A stretch of DNA of 64,000 bases from an uncultured Nitrososphaeraceae archaeon (GCA_963779615.1 CAVZZA010000001.1:96001-160000), one strand, 5' to 3'; shown: positions 52,975 through 63,299, counted from the first letter of the stretch. Translations and numbers: made by a program. The notes: generated by a model from the sequence alone, not told the origin.

Positions 52975-53005
52975 TGAAAATGCGTCGGAAACCATCTGGC
53001 CCGTT
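52975..53005 (+). repeat. att-like site 5 (last copy seen)
   Basis: TGAAAATGC-GTCG-GAAACCATCTGGCCCGTT; downstream TTCAAATAATT shared with site 3. Confidence 0.82.
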
Positions 53006-53139
53006 ATCCACAGGGGTTCAAATAATTTTTCATGTTCTTCTATTTCTAGCTCTTATAAAATTTAGAGTATTTATCCAAGATTCAAAAACATTGTTTGGAA
53101 AATAAGAAATAGCTTAAACATCATAACACAGCTTAGGCT

Positions 53140-54003
53140 ATGAACTGTCCGGAATTTAACAACAATGATGCCAAACATTCAGATACTCGTTTTTCCAATA
53201 TGGAGGAGATTTTCGCGGAATTAGCAAGCTCTCAGAGACTATCAATAATTTTCATGATCTCCTGCCAAAGGCTCAAGCTTTCAACACTTGCAAAAAGCCT
53301 TAATCTAACAATGCAAGAGGTTCACAGAAACACAAACAGGTTATTGGATTCCGGATTAATTGAAAAAAATTCGGAGGGCGTCTTTTTCTTGACCACTTTT
53401 GGAAACGCAATAACAAGGCAACTTTCAATATTTGATTTCCTTTCAAGCAACAAGTGTTATTTTTCTGATCATAAAATAGGTAACATACCGATGAAATTTG
53501 CCCAACGCATTGGGGCATTAAATGGAGGCAAGCTCATTTCAGGGATTGTACCCATAATAGAAACATGGAAAAGACTCTATGACGAATCAAGCGAGTACAT
53601 ATATGGAATTCTTCCACAGATTCCATTAGAGTTAATTCAAGCGGTAATACCCAAAGTCAAAAATGAAGGGGTCAAGTTTAACTACATCCTTCCAAAAAAC
53701 GCAATGGTGCCAAAGATACGAAATGGCCTTCAAAAAAGCTCTGGATATGCCGAATTATTAAAGCAAGGCATCATAGAGAGAAAGATGATCGATAAAATAG
53801 AAGTAGCGCTGATTTTAAACGAAAAGCAAGCCACTGTAATGTTCCCTACACTAAAGGGCGAGGCAGATATGAATCATATGTTCTCAAGCAATGATGCAAA
53901 ATCAAACAACGGTGGTTTGTTCCATGAATGGTGCGTTGATTTCTTTAGGTATTGTTGGCACAACTCAAACTCTTTTGATGAACGGAAACTAATCGAGGTT
54001 TGA
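53140..54003 (+). CDS. ArsR-like winged-helix transcriptional regulator (DUF1724/FilR1-like C-terminus)
   Basis: ELASSQRLSI, EVHRNTNRLLDSGLIEK, LTTFG, FHEWCVDFFRYCW. Confidence 0.85.
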   Translation: MNCPEFNNNDAKHSDTRFSNMEEIFAELASSQRLSIIFMISCQRLKLSTLAKSLNLTMQEVHRNTNRLLDSGLIEKNSEGVFFLTTFGNAITRQLSIFDFLSSNKCYFSDHKIGNIPMKFAQRIGALNGGKLISGIVPIIETWKRLYDESSEYIYGILPQIPLELIQAVIPKVKNEGVKFNYILPKNAMVPKIRNGLQKSSGYAELLKQGIIERKMIDKIEVALILNEKQATVMFPTLKGEADMNHMFSSNDAKSNNGGLFHEWCVDFFRYCWHNSNSFDERKLIEV

Positions 54004-54698
54004 CTTTTTGTATGGTCATAACGATATAAACAGACATATCACACATCATGAGCAAATTGCCTAAAAAAAAATTAGCCGCCATGTTTGTAGTTTCCATAAA
54101 ACAACACCCCATAAAAAAGACAAATGAATTTGTGGATATACAAAAAGCAGGTTTAAACCAAACACATTTTTTCCCTTGTTATTATGCTATTATAGAACAG
54201 TTTATTGATTAATCACAAATCTTCAACAAATTAGCATGTGATGCTATTAATGATAGAAGGTATTAGAAATAATCCATAATGCTGACAACCCTTGTTATAG
54301 TTCCTTAACAAAGATATGGTATGAATATAAAAAACCTGTTAAAATCAAATTTATGCGCAATAGGAATGATCAGTGCCATACTTCTCATAAGTAGTTTATT
54401 TTTCATACCCTTCACAGAGCACTGGTAAAAAAAGTACAACACAGTATTTTTTCATTTTATTTTATATGCCTTTTATATAGTAATGTTTTCACATAGCGTT
54501 TTTTAATATGATTGTTACCTAATAGCAAATAATAATACTGGATACATATGAGTAAATGTTTATGATATCTTCTACATGCGTCGCTGAGCATCCATAGTTT
54601 TAGCAAAGAATATCCAGTAGCCCCATAACTATACCATGTTGATTCACATTCTTGCAATTTGGGGTTGCATGCCCGAAATAACAAATGGCTGTATTGAC

Positions 54699-54968
54699 AT
54701 GACAAATGCATCAAGCACTTACCTTAGCATTGCCGTGGGTGCTGTTGTTGGTGCTTTGATAAGCTGGTTGGTATTTGCATTACAGAAAAAATCCTCCATC
54801 AAACAGGAAGAAAACCTTCAGCGCCTTAATGAGATGAATGAAAGCCATGATAGGATCTTGAGATTAATACAGCAATTCCAAAAACATCAGGAGCACATCC
54901 TGGATCAAATACTAAGAATGGATAAAAAAATTGACTCTGCAATTGAAAAGAAAAAGGATATCAAATGA
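54699..54968 (+). CDS. Small membrane-anchored coiled-coil protein
   Basis: TM helix YLSIAVGAVVGALISWLVF followed by a heptad-like tail; start taken at MTNASS. Confidence 0.6.
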   Translation: MTNASSTYLSIAVGAVVGALISWLVFALQKKSSIKQEENLQRLNEMNESHDRILRLIQQFQKHQEHILDQILRMDKKIDSAIEKKKDIK

Positions 54969-55361
54969 TGCATCATACCTACAGGGACAGTCATAAAAAA
55001 AGGTGTTACTGGAAAACACAAAAGGGATATGCTGATGGTGAGGGGAGACAGTGTCGCTTAATGTTTGCCTATCCTGTTGTGCACATTAGTTGTTGATCGG
55101 TGGATTGACAGTATATCGAATCTGTAAACGGCGCCAAGGTGTATGAACGAATGACAGGCAACTTTGACTGCCGTGTGGATATTGTTATTTTGGCACAGAG
55201 ATCCTATGAATCGTTTAACTAAATAGAAAAATTAGTTGGGTTATGATGATAATGCTACAGATGTGCAACCACTATTTGAGTATTGGTTTATATTCTGTAA
55301 ATAACCGGCATTAAACACCGTTTGGTTCCTCTTTATATAGTACAATGGCCATTATATAGGC

Positions 55362-56015
55362 ATGTCAAAGAAAATTGAAAGTTCGGAAAACACCAATACA
55401 AGTAAGGCAGAATATTCCTATAATACCAATAACCAAAACAACAATAACCTCAACAATGATTTCAAAGAATCCGTCAACAGGTCACTTGACGAGGCCAAAG
55501 ACAACATCAGAAAATCATTGGATGAATCAAAAAACCAGATTCCCCGAATCAACAACATTGTGAACAGCTATCAGGAACAATCACTCCAAACAGCCAGAGA
55601 GATTTCAGAGGAATACATTGACTCACAAAAAGAAGTCATCAACTCACTCCAATCAACATGGAGGTCATATAGTGATAGCTTTAATGGACTGGTTAATAAC
55701 TTGACCGCATCTCCAGAATCCATTACTAAAGCGTATGCTAAACTTGTAAGCAATTTTGCAGATAATGCCGTGTCCTACATGAGCCTTTCAAACAACATCA
55801 TATTCTCAAACCTGGACTCATGGAAAACAGCGTTCCAACAGGCAAGGGACAATGCAAAGCATTTATCCAACCTAAGCGTGAATGCAGCAAAAACATTTGA
55901 ACAGACTTCAAAAGAAGTAGGAGCAGCAGTTAAAGACGCTACTGATTCAAACATTAATGCCGCCGCCAATAACAGCACAACAACCTCCAATACAACAGCA
56001 ACAAAAAATCAATAA
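55362..56015 (+). CDS. All-helical amphipathic protein (phasin/apolipoprotein/LEA-like), hypothetical
   Basis: No Cys, N/S/Q/A-rich, repeating helical pattern; TTTATATA upstream. Confidence 0.75.
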   Translation: MSKKIESSENTNTSKAEYSYNTNNQNNNNLNNDFKESVNRSLDEAKDNIRKSLDESKNQIPRINNIVNSYQEQSLQTAREISEEYIDSQKEVINSLQSTWRSYSDSFNGLVNNLTASPESITKAYAKLVSNFADNAVSYMSLSNNIIFSNLDSWKTAFQQARDNAKHLSNLSVNAAKTFEQTSKEVGAAVKDATDSNINAAANNSTTTSNTTATKNQ

Positions 56016-56114
56016 ATGACTAGAACCGAACCTCAAAAAGGTTCAGCCAATTGTACATTCCCTTTATATTAGTTTGACAAACTAAAATAGTGTAAAAGGC
56101 GGCGTGTATTTTTA

Positions 56115-56564
56115 GTGATTACCCTAAACAGGTATACGATGCCGGTGCCAAAAGACCTTCTGCTAAGGATAGACAGAACCTCCTCTCCAGTGCATTTTGG
56201 CAGCCTCAGAAATGCAGTTGACCTGATTGCTCCGCAAAACACCCCGGTCCTTGCCGCGGCAGATGGGGTGGTAGCCTTTGTCCATGATAACTCCAATGTT
56301 GGAGGCCCTGATCCATCATACTGGAATTTTACTAACTTTATCACAATTAGGCACCCAAACGGGGAATACTCGCGATACGACCACCTCGAATATGGCAGCG
56401 CAAGGGTAAGGGTGGGCCAACAAGTGAGCGCTGGCCAGGAGATAGCCAGGGTTGGCATGACAGGCTACACGTATGTCCCACACCTGCATTTTCACGTGTT
56501 TGTGTTCACAGGGTACAACATTTGGACAGACTTTGACACCCTAGAGGTCAAATATTTCATTTAA
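56115..56564 (+). CDS. M23-family metallopeptidase (single domain)
   Basis: H...NAVDL, TPVLAAADGVV, NFITIRH, YDHL, VRVGQQVSAGQ, GMTG...PHLHF. Confidence 0.92.
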   Translation: MITLNRYTMPVPKDLLLRIDRTSSPVHFGSLRNAVDLIAPQNTPVLAAADGVVAFVHDNSNVGGPDPSYWNFTNFITIRHPNGEYSRYDHLEYGSARVRVGQQVSAGQEIARVGMTGYTYVPHLHFHVFVFTGYNIWTDFDTLEVKYFI

Positions 56565-56783
56565 ATCCGTAAAGGCACTGCTGCCCACCTCCCTCTCCAT
56601 CCCCTCCCTGCTTTTGTTGTCTGTTTTGGTCTAAAAATTATTCAAACTTGAGTATTGTGCACTTTTAAAATATAGCACCTACTTTACAAGACCAACATGT
56701 GCACTAAACCCCATTACACATCGATAGTGATCCTTTTCAATCTTATTACCCTTGCTTCCACTTCCTGTCCTTTTTGCAGGTGC

Positions 56784-57656
56784 TTATGCCTTTGTCGCAA
56801 CCGTGATTAAATAGTCAAGTCCAAAGGTGTTTTCATGAAGGTAAGGCACTATCGCTTGCAGGATGTCATTGCGAAGTGACTCAATCTTTTGCGGATCCTT
56901 GATTGTTTGAATTGCATGTATCAATGCACCGCCTTTGGTACTGGATGCTTTCCAGTAGTGATTGGGACTCAGTACCGGTTTTTTTATTACTCCACGCTCA
57001 AAGTGAATGTTTACAATATCGCCGCCAAGGCGCTTTTTTACAACCTCCGGAATTCCCCATTGCATTGGCGAAGGTGGTGGTCTATTGCCATAGGATGAAA
57101 ATGACGATAAGGAGGGGTGAGGAGGAGGTGGGGATAGAGGAGGGACATGTTTTGCCATAGCCTCAAACATCTTTCCGTTGGCGTGCTCTGGTGGCCAAGT
57201 TGCAAACGCTATACGTCCACCCGGTTCCATAACCCGCAGCATTTCCCCTATAGCAACTTTTGGGTGTGGAGCAAACATATGGCCAAAGCTTGAAAGGACA
57301 ACATCAAAAGAGCTGTCTTCAAATGGAAGGTCTTCTGCATCCCCCTCTATCCACGTTATATCGTCTGCCTCAGCCAAGGTTGCTTCAGCCTTTGTTTGGG
57401 TTAACATTTGGGGAGTGAAATCAATACCCGTTACCTTGGAGCCATTTCTTCTGGCTGTTATGGCTGTGTTGCCAGTACCGCAAGCCACGTCAAAGACACG
57501 ATCACCGGATGAGACATTGCACAGTTTTACCAGATGGGCAGAAACAGGAAGAAAAAAAAGAGCGATTTCACTGTAGGAGCCCAAACTCCAAGCATTCTGT
57601 GGTCGAGGCATGGAGGAATCAGAACCGTCATTCATATAGCATAAACCGATCCACAC
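56784..57656 (-). CDS. Class I SAM-dependent methyltransferase
   Basis: DVACGTGNTA, GDAEDLPFEDSSFDVVLSSFGHMFAP, PGGRI. Confidence 0.93.
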   Translation of the reverse strand: MWIGLCYMNDGSDSSMPRPQNAWSLGSYSEIALFFLPVSAHLVKLCNVSSGDRVFDVACGTGNTAITARRNGSKVTGIDFTPQMLTQTKAEATLAEADDITWIEGDAEDLPFEDSSFDVVLSSFGHMFAPHPKVAIGEMLRVMEPGGRIAFATWPPEHANGKMFEAMAKHVPPLSPPPPHPSLSSFSSYGNRPPPSPMQWGIPEVVKKRLGGDIVNIHFERGVIKKPVLSPNHYWKASSTKGGALIHAIQTIKDPQKIESLRNDILQAIVPYLHENTFGLDYLITVATKA

Positions 57657-57699
57657 TTTCTTTTATTATTTGGCAACCTTACACGCAAATCGGAATTGA

Positions 57700-58179
57700 T
57701 TGGGTGTTTTTAAGGGCACACGACAAACTTATAATAAAAGCCAGATACACCTCAATAATGTGTCATCACCTGAACATTTAAGAGAAGTTGTGCGAAAATT
57801 GGCAGGCACGTTTAACAATCCACAAAATAGAGAATCAGCCTATTTTGATTTTTACGATGATTCTTTGACAACACATGGTTTTCCGCCTAATCTTCCAGCC
57901 AACAAGGAGGGTTTTAAACAGTTCATTTATCTCCTGTGGAATGCATTTCCCGACATAGGAATCATGTTTGACGATATAATTATCGAAGGAAACAAGGCTG
58001 CAGGAAGGTACAGCCTAACTGGCACACACAAAGGTGAATTTGCGGACCTTAAGCCAACCAACAAACAATTCAGAGTCGATGGCATGACAGTATTTTCTTT
58101 TCGCGGCACAAAATGCGTGGAGCGTTGGAACCTGGTAGACATGAATTCATTGATGGAACAGCTGAGGAGCCAACCCTAA
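57700..58179 (+). CDS. SnoaL-like ester cyclase family protein
   Basis: AFPD, IIEGNK, GTHKGEF..LKPTNK, ERW. Confidence 0.88.
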   Translation: MGVFKGTRQTYNKSQIHLNNVSSPEHLREVVRKLAGTFNNPQNRESAYFDFYDDSLTTHGFPPNLPANKEGFKQFIYLLWNAFPDIGIMFDDIIIEGNKAAGRYSLTGTHKGEFADLKPTNKQFRVDGMTVFSFRGTKCVERWNLVDMNSLMEQLRSQP

Positions 58180-58399
58180 ACACGTATGCCATCCACATCA
58201 GATTGGTAAACTAATATATGGGCAGGGCTCGGTGCCTGAAACTATTTCAATTGCCACACAAGTTGTTTTTGATAGAGCAACACATTTTTTGAAAAAAGAC
58301 ATCTTTCACATGTCCTCGATATCCCAGTCAATAGTCAAAACACTAAAAGTGATGATCCCAGGATTAAATTTGGTAGTTACCCTATTAAATAGAGCAAAC

Positions 58400-58729
58400 T
58401 TACTGTTGTGGAGCCTTGATCTCTTTAAACACTTTAAACTCTATGGGTTTAGCCACTAAACCTTGTAATTTAGATCGCAAATCCACCGATTCATTACTTT
58501 GATAGTGCCTATTATACGATTCTTTACTATCCCAGACCTCATCAAACAACAATTCATTTGGACTGTCAATTGAAGAATTAAAGGTGTATGTAATATTTCC
58601 TTCTCTTTTTCTTGGAGGATCAATGAGAGGAACCAAAAGACTCATTATTTCTTGCTTCTTTCCCTCTTTTGCATCAATTAATACTATTACTCTTATATGT
58701 GAACTTTCGCTATTAGATTGCATTCGCAT
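58400..58729 (-). CDS. Antibiotic biosynthesis monooxygenase (ABM) family protein
   Basis: AKEGK, REGNITY, EVWDSKESYNRH. Confidence 0.8.
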   Translation of the reverse strand: MRMQSNSESSHIRVIVLIDAKEGKKQEIMSLLVPLIDPPRKREGNITYTFNSSIDSPNELLFDEVWDSKESYNRHYQSNESVDLRSKLQGLVAKPIEFKVFKEIKAPQQ

Positions 58730-59315
58730 AATGTTTTTTCAGACAAATAATAAACTTTACTGCAAGTTTCATGTGTGATAGTTAGGAGTTTTTTATTTGG
58801 CTAACTAATAATCACTAATCTTCTTTTTTATCTAGAGACAACAACTTCAGGTCCTTCAAGAACAATTACACTCAGTGTGCCTTACTGAGCATAACCAAAT
58901 ACTACCAACAAAAGTCAGTGGAGTGTGTGCCGGAGGTTAGTTCAAGCCACTGGAACATTGACACCTACTTCTAACCCTACCCCAGTCTGAGCATTACCAG
59001 GAACATTTGGCCAAACAACAAATACAATTTTCGAGGCCAGTCCCAAACTTTTTTAAAATTAAAACAAACAATCACATTAAAACAGTTTTACAAAAACTTG
59101 CCGATAAAAAAACCATAATTTTAGAAAACGCCATCTAAAATATGGATCATTATCCCTAATCAAGCTGTTTTGCATATTCTTTTCTGTCCCGTCATGACAA
59201 GACAGCCAATTGCTTTCTTTTACCGTTTTGTCTTGTTCTAAGCATTTTTGCATCCCTTTAAATTTTGGGCAAATATGGTGTCATGGCAGAACAATTAACG
59301 AATATTGAATATTTC

Positions 59316-60215
59316 CTATATTCCTTTTTGATTTGAATTGTGCAGTTTTTTGGTTAATGCCATCAATTCAGAATCAAGTCCGGAGGAAAATTCTTGAGGA
59401 GCATCTGGTAGGCTAGGTACGTCCACTCCTTTAGGAAATCCTTCAATTACCTCTAGTGTTCCCCCATCGTCAAATGGCGATTCACCTTTAAAGATTTTAT
59501 CAAGCAGGGATGTTTCGCCCTTGTTTGTAAACGTCCACATTTGATTGTGCAAATTCTTCCCCTCTAAATCCCTTACTTCGGGCATTTTTGAGGTATCAAA
59601 TCTAGGAACGGGTAATGATTTACCCCAATCAACGCCCAAGGTTTCCAGTGCCTTTGCAAATACTTTTTCATGAACAAGATCCCTCACAATTAAATAAGAT
59701 ACTGTTGACCTGAATGCTTTGTCGTTGCTCATCTGATATAACCTACACTTTTGTAGCCTACCAGTGCATTCCAACATTAAATTATAAATCATATTTAGGA
59801 CAAGATTTCCACTGTCATAAACATAGGTAGCTGACCACGGGTTTCCTGCCGCATCGACTGGCCTGGCACTCTGACCTGCAACTAAAAAGTGATGTATGTT
59901 GGGGGAATCAAGTGCAACAGATAAAGGCAATTCATCTGGCTCACTCGAATTCTCAGAAGCGCCTTCTAGTAGAATATTAATTGTATTTGTAATTTGTTCA
60001 ACATGGGCCATTTCCTCAGTTGCTATACTCCTGAGCAAATCTTGATAGGGTTTAGCATCACCCCTAAAGTTCATATTTTGAAAGAAGTATTGCATCATTG
60101 TCCTCATTTCACCGAATTGACCTCCAAGGCCTTCCTGTAACGCTTGAGCTGCTTTTGGATTAGGTTTGTCTGCTGGAGGTAGTGGATGCGGGATTCGTTT
60201 AACTGATAAAAACAT
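59316..60215 (-). CDS. Manganese catalase
   Basis: LQEGLGGQFGEMRTMMQY, IATEEMAHVE, GNPWS, NLMLE, YLIVRDLVHE. Confidence 0.95.
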   Translation of the reverse strand: MFLSVKRIPHPLPPADKPNPKAAQALQEGLGGQFGEMRTMMQYFFQNMNFRGDAKPYQDLLRSIATEEMAHVEQITNTINILLEGASENSSEPDELPLSVALDSPNIHHFLVAGQSARPVDAAGNPWSATYVYDSGNLVLNMIYNLMLECTGRLQKCRLYQMSNDKAFRSTVSYLIVRDLVHEKVFAKALETLGVDWGKSLPVPRFDTSKMPEVRDLEGKNLHNQMWTFTNKGETSLLDKIFKGESPFDDGGTLEVIEGFPKGVDVPSLPDAPQEFSSGLDSELMALTKKLHNSNQKGI

Positions 60216-60231
60216 ATTAAATTGGTTGGTT

Positions 60232-60900
60232 GGCTCTGTTAACTTAAGAGATTATTCCGCTATTGTGGTAATAAGCAAACAGATTCAACCATTGTTTTAC
60301 ATGCTTTAGTTTGCATTTCTTTTTTCGGCATGGAAAGTAGTCATCAAATCCTTCTGTCCTGTCCTTGATGTACTGCATCGCCCTTTCTATCAAGCTTTTC
60401 TCAAAAGGGGAATGCAAATGATGTTTCAGTTTCAGGAACCTGCATGCTTGCGGATACCAAGTTCCCCCATCGGTGGAAACTGGATGTTTTCCATACCTAT
60501 CTACCAGAGACGCAATAAATCTCTCGGCAACTAGCATTGCTCTTTCAACTGACACATCAATCTGAAGAATTTCCCTGTGTTTTGGCTCAATTGCAACCCA
60601 AAGCCATATGCATTGGGAGCCAACCTTAATCTGGGTTTCGTCAACAATGTATCCATTAATCTTTTTTCTCCTGGTTGATAGCCTCTTTGGCTTGTATTTT
60701 TGAATCCATTTCCAGACTGATACATATGGCTCCTTTTCACAAATCGCTTCAACGCCTTTGCGGTGCTTCTACAAGAGAGACCCAGGAAGTAAAGATATAG
60801 GGAATAGGCAACATCTTTCGGTTTGGTTCTCTGCCTTCTGTATGTCAATACTGTTTATGGCATAATCGCGACTATAGCTTTTTCTTAAGTTAACAGAGCC
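60232..60900 (-). mobile_element. IS6-family insertion sequence (669 bp), transposase frameshifted
   Basis: Perfect 18-bp IRs GGCTCTGTTAACTTAAGA (60232-60249 and 60883-60900); 8-bp TSD GGTTGGTT (60224-60231 and 60901-60908); DET...TDGG..Y...IER DDE motifs; 2-bp AT insertion near 60724. Confidence 0.95.
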
Positions 60901-61356
60901 GGTTGGTTGATCAAAGTATTTATTAATGTCCTATTTATAGTAAAAGAAATAAAGTATAACTGGCCTAAATTGCATGACAGTGAATTTACCTTATTTATAG
61001 AACTTATACTAATTACTGGAAACTATCACCAATTTAACCGCAATTAGAAACATCATAAACTTTTTTAAAGATATAACCCATTCCTCTATAATAGAGAAAG
61101 GCAGTTTTCCGGATTTTAGGAAAATGAACGCTACTAGTGTCTGTTCAGCTTAAACAATTCTATGGAAGGATTAAATTACAACTATTTTATGCTTGTTACA
61201 ATATTTGACCAGTAATTTTATATTAACAAATATAAACATAGCATATACATATACTCCAAAGAACTGTAGTTGACTGATTCAACGCCTGCAAAATTGCGTT
61301 GATTTTATTTATACATATGTATAAAGTATGTTCTGTAATAACAAGTAGGAACTTTT

Positions 61357-61716
61357 TTGGAAACATTATTAAAATCTACACTAAAACGCCAAGTGCCCTA
61401 TCTTATCGGAGGCACAATAACGGGTATTGCTATTACATATTATTATGGATTTTTATTTTCTTTGTTGGTAAACAGTGCTGCCTGGTTTGCCATATCAACT
61501 GTTGTTAACAAATACTACTGGAAATACACAGGGTTTAAGGACGAAATGTATCTTTTTTCAAAATATGTCATTCATAGAAAAAATAAAGAATCCACAAGCG
61601 CAAGAATCAGCAAGTTGGACAGTAGAAAAGAAAGGAACAATAACAATATAAACTTGATCTCAAAGAATACAGATGAAGAGAGGTTAAATGATCCTGGAAG
61701 ACAGGTCAAATCCTAG
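61357..61716 (+). CDS. Small membrane protein, hypothetical
   Basis: Two TM-like segments; 8 bp upstream of the patatin gene. Confidence 0.6.
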   Translation: METLLKSTLKRQVPYLIGGTITGIAITYYYGFLFSLLVNSAAWFAISTVVNKYYWKYTGFKDEMYLFSKYVIHRKNKESTSARISKLDSRKERNNNNINLISKNTDEERLNDPGRQVKS

Positions 61717-61724
61717 GCAGACAG

Positions 61725-63158
61725 GTGTTATACAGATACATGTCAAACCTGCACAAATCACCTGTTCCCAAAGTTCAAAGGGCTCTAGTATTGCAGGGGG
61801 GCGGAGCACTTGGTGCTTACCAGGCTGGCGCTTTCAAGTCACTTTATGAAAACATTTCAAGAAACCAAAATGAAGGTAATGATAATGATGACAATAACAT
61901 TCCCTTTTTTGACATCATTGCAGGGACTTCCATAGGAGCCATAAATGGCGCAATTCTTGTTAGTTCTTTTCTTGAAAACAAGACCTGGAAAGGTTCTGCC
62001 GAAAAACTAGAGTCATTTTGGAAGCATTTGTCAACACCCACCCCACCAAGCATATCAAAAGAGTTAACGCTATGGAAAGCAGCATCCGAATATGGAGTGC
62101 CTACTGCTGCATCAGAAGAAGCAGCCAGAAGATACTATTCAGTAAAAGAATTTACCAGATCCGGTGTTGAAAAGGTATTCAAACCAATAGATCCTCCCAA
62201 ACAAGACACCAGGTTTTTCGATATTCAAAATCAATGGCGTGTTTATGATAATCAACCATTAAGGGAAAGTATAGAAAAATTTGCCAAACTCCCTATCGCA
62301 ACTAGCTTTGAAAAAGGAGAACCAAGGTTCCTTGTAATCAGTGTTGATTCAGCAGAAGGAACAACAGTAACATTTGACAGCTATGAGAGTGAGCAAGGAA
62401 AGAGGGAGTCACAATATGGTGATCCGTTGTCAGAAAAACCTATTATTGTAAAATACAACGAAGGCGTTGGTATCAAACACGTAATGGCAAGTTCAACCCT
62501 ACCTGAAGTCTATGCTTTTGAAGACATTGACGGTAGAAAGTTCTGGGACGGGGGGCTATTGAGCAATACTCCAATCAGGGAACTATTAGAAGCTCACAAA
62601 AAGTTCTGGGAAAAAAGGATAGGCTCTCAAAATCTTGAGAATGCCTTCAGAAGAAACACGAGAAACACAATGGAGGAAATAAATGAATACGGTAATTCCC
62701 AAGATCATGGTCAAAGGATTCCAGATTTAGAGCTGTACATAGTAAACTTATTGAGCCCCAAGAAAACCGATAGCAGTAATAGCGCCCCTGAAGATTTTGA
62801 CGGGGTTAGAGGCAGGCATATTGACATAAAACTTAGTGGGGGATATGATCAAAAAACAGATGAACTGCTAACAGGTTATGTGAATCTAATTGAAAGATTG
62901 ATCAGCGTTGGGGACAATGACGAATTGATAAAAGAGAAAATTAACGGAATACTAGACGAATCCACACCAAGACGATTCAATACGGAAGAGTCCAAGAAAA
63001 ATATCGATATGATCAAGAACACCTTTAAAATAGTTAGGGTAATCCAAATACAACGCAAAGACGATAGTGATTCCATCTCAGGAAAAATGGCCGACTTTAC
63101 GTCTGAAACAATAAACAAATTAATTCAAGACGGATATGAGGACGCCATGAGTAAATAG
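61725..63158 (+). CDS. Patatin-like phospholipase/esterase
   Basis: LQGGGALGAY, GTSIG nucleophile elbow, WDGG. Confidence 0.93.
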   Translation: MLYRYMSNLHKSPVPKVQRALVLQGGGALGAYQAGAFKSLYENISRNQNEGNDNDDNNIPFFDIIAGTSIGAINGAILVSSFLENKTWKGSAEKLESFWKHLSTPTPPSISKELTLWKAASEYGVPTAASEEAARRYYSVKEFTRSGVEKVFKPIDPPKQDTRFFDIQNQWRVYDNQPLRESIEKFAKLPIATSFEKGEPRFLVISVDSAEGTTVTFDSYESEQGKRESQYGDPLSEKPIIVKYNEGVGIKHVMASSTLPEVYAFEDIDGRKFWDGGLLSNTPIRELLEAHKKFWEKRIGSQNLENAFRRNTRNTMEEINEYGNSQDHGQRIPDLELYIVNLLSPKKTDSSNSAPEDFDGVRGRHIDIKLSGGYDQKTDELLTGYVNLIERLISVGDNDELIKEKINGILDESTPRRFNTEESKKNIDMIKNTFKIVRVIQIQRKDDSDSISGKMADFTSETINKLIQDGYEDAMSK

Positions 63159-63299
63159 AATATTTATACTGATTGATAACGGTTAAAAACGTATGTTGAG
63201 AAAGTAGCCACTCACTATCTTTAGGATAAGTGAAACACTATGCGAGCCTTAAACAGGATGGAAGGAGGCAATACAGAAACCATCACCTTTGAAACAGTG

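Larger units (their letters stand above)
34155..53005. mobile_element. tRNA-Arg-anchored composite genomic island (tandem modules separated by att-like repeats)
   Basis: Integrase next to tRNA; five downstream copies of the tRNA 3' end; patchy GC; many pseudogenes. The right end is the last att-like copy seen. Confidence 0.75.

Noticed and set aside
37353-53005. The ~31-bp repeats as a CRISPR array
   Set aside because: Spacing is 0.1-10 kb, the copies are degenerate, they match a tRNA 3' end, and there are no cas genes.
34210-53005. Classical integron (IntI + attC) or a provirus
   Set aside because: The repeats are not palindromic attC hairpins, the integrase is too truncated to show an IntI-specific insertion, and no capsid, packaging, replication or conjugation genes are visible.
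63276-63290. GAAACCATC as a sixth att-like site
   Set aside because: It lacks both the TGAAAATGC arm and the GGGCCCGTT half of the core.
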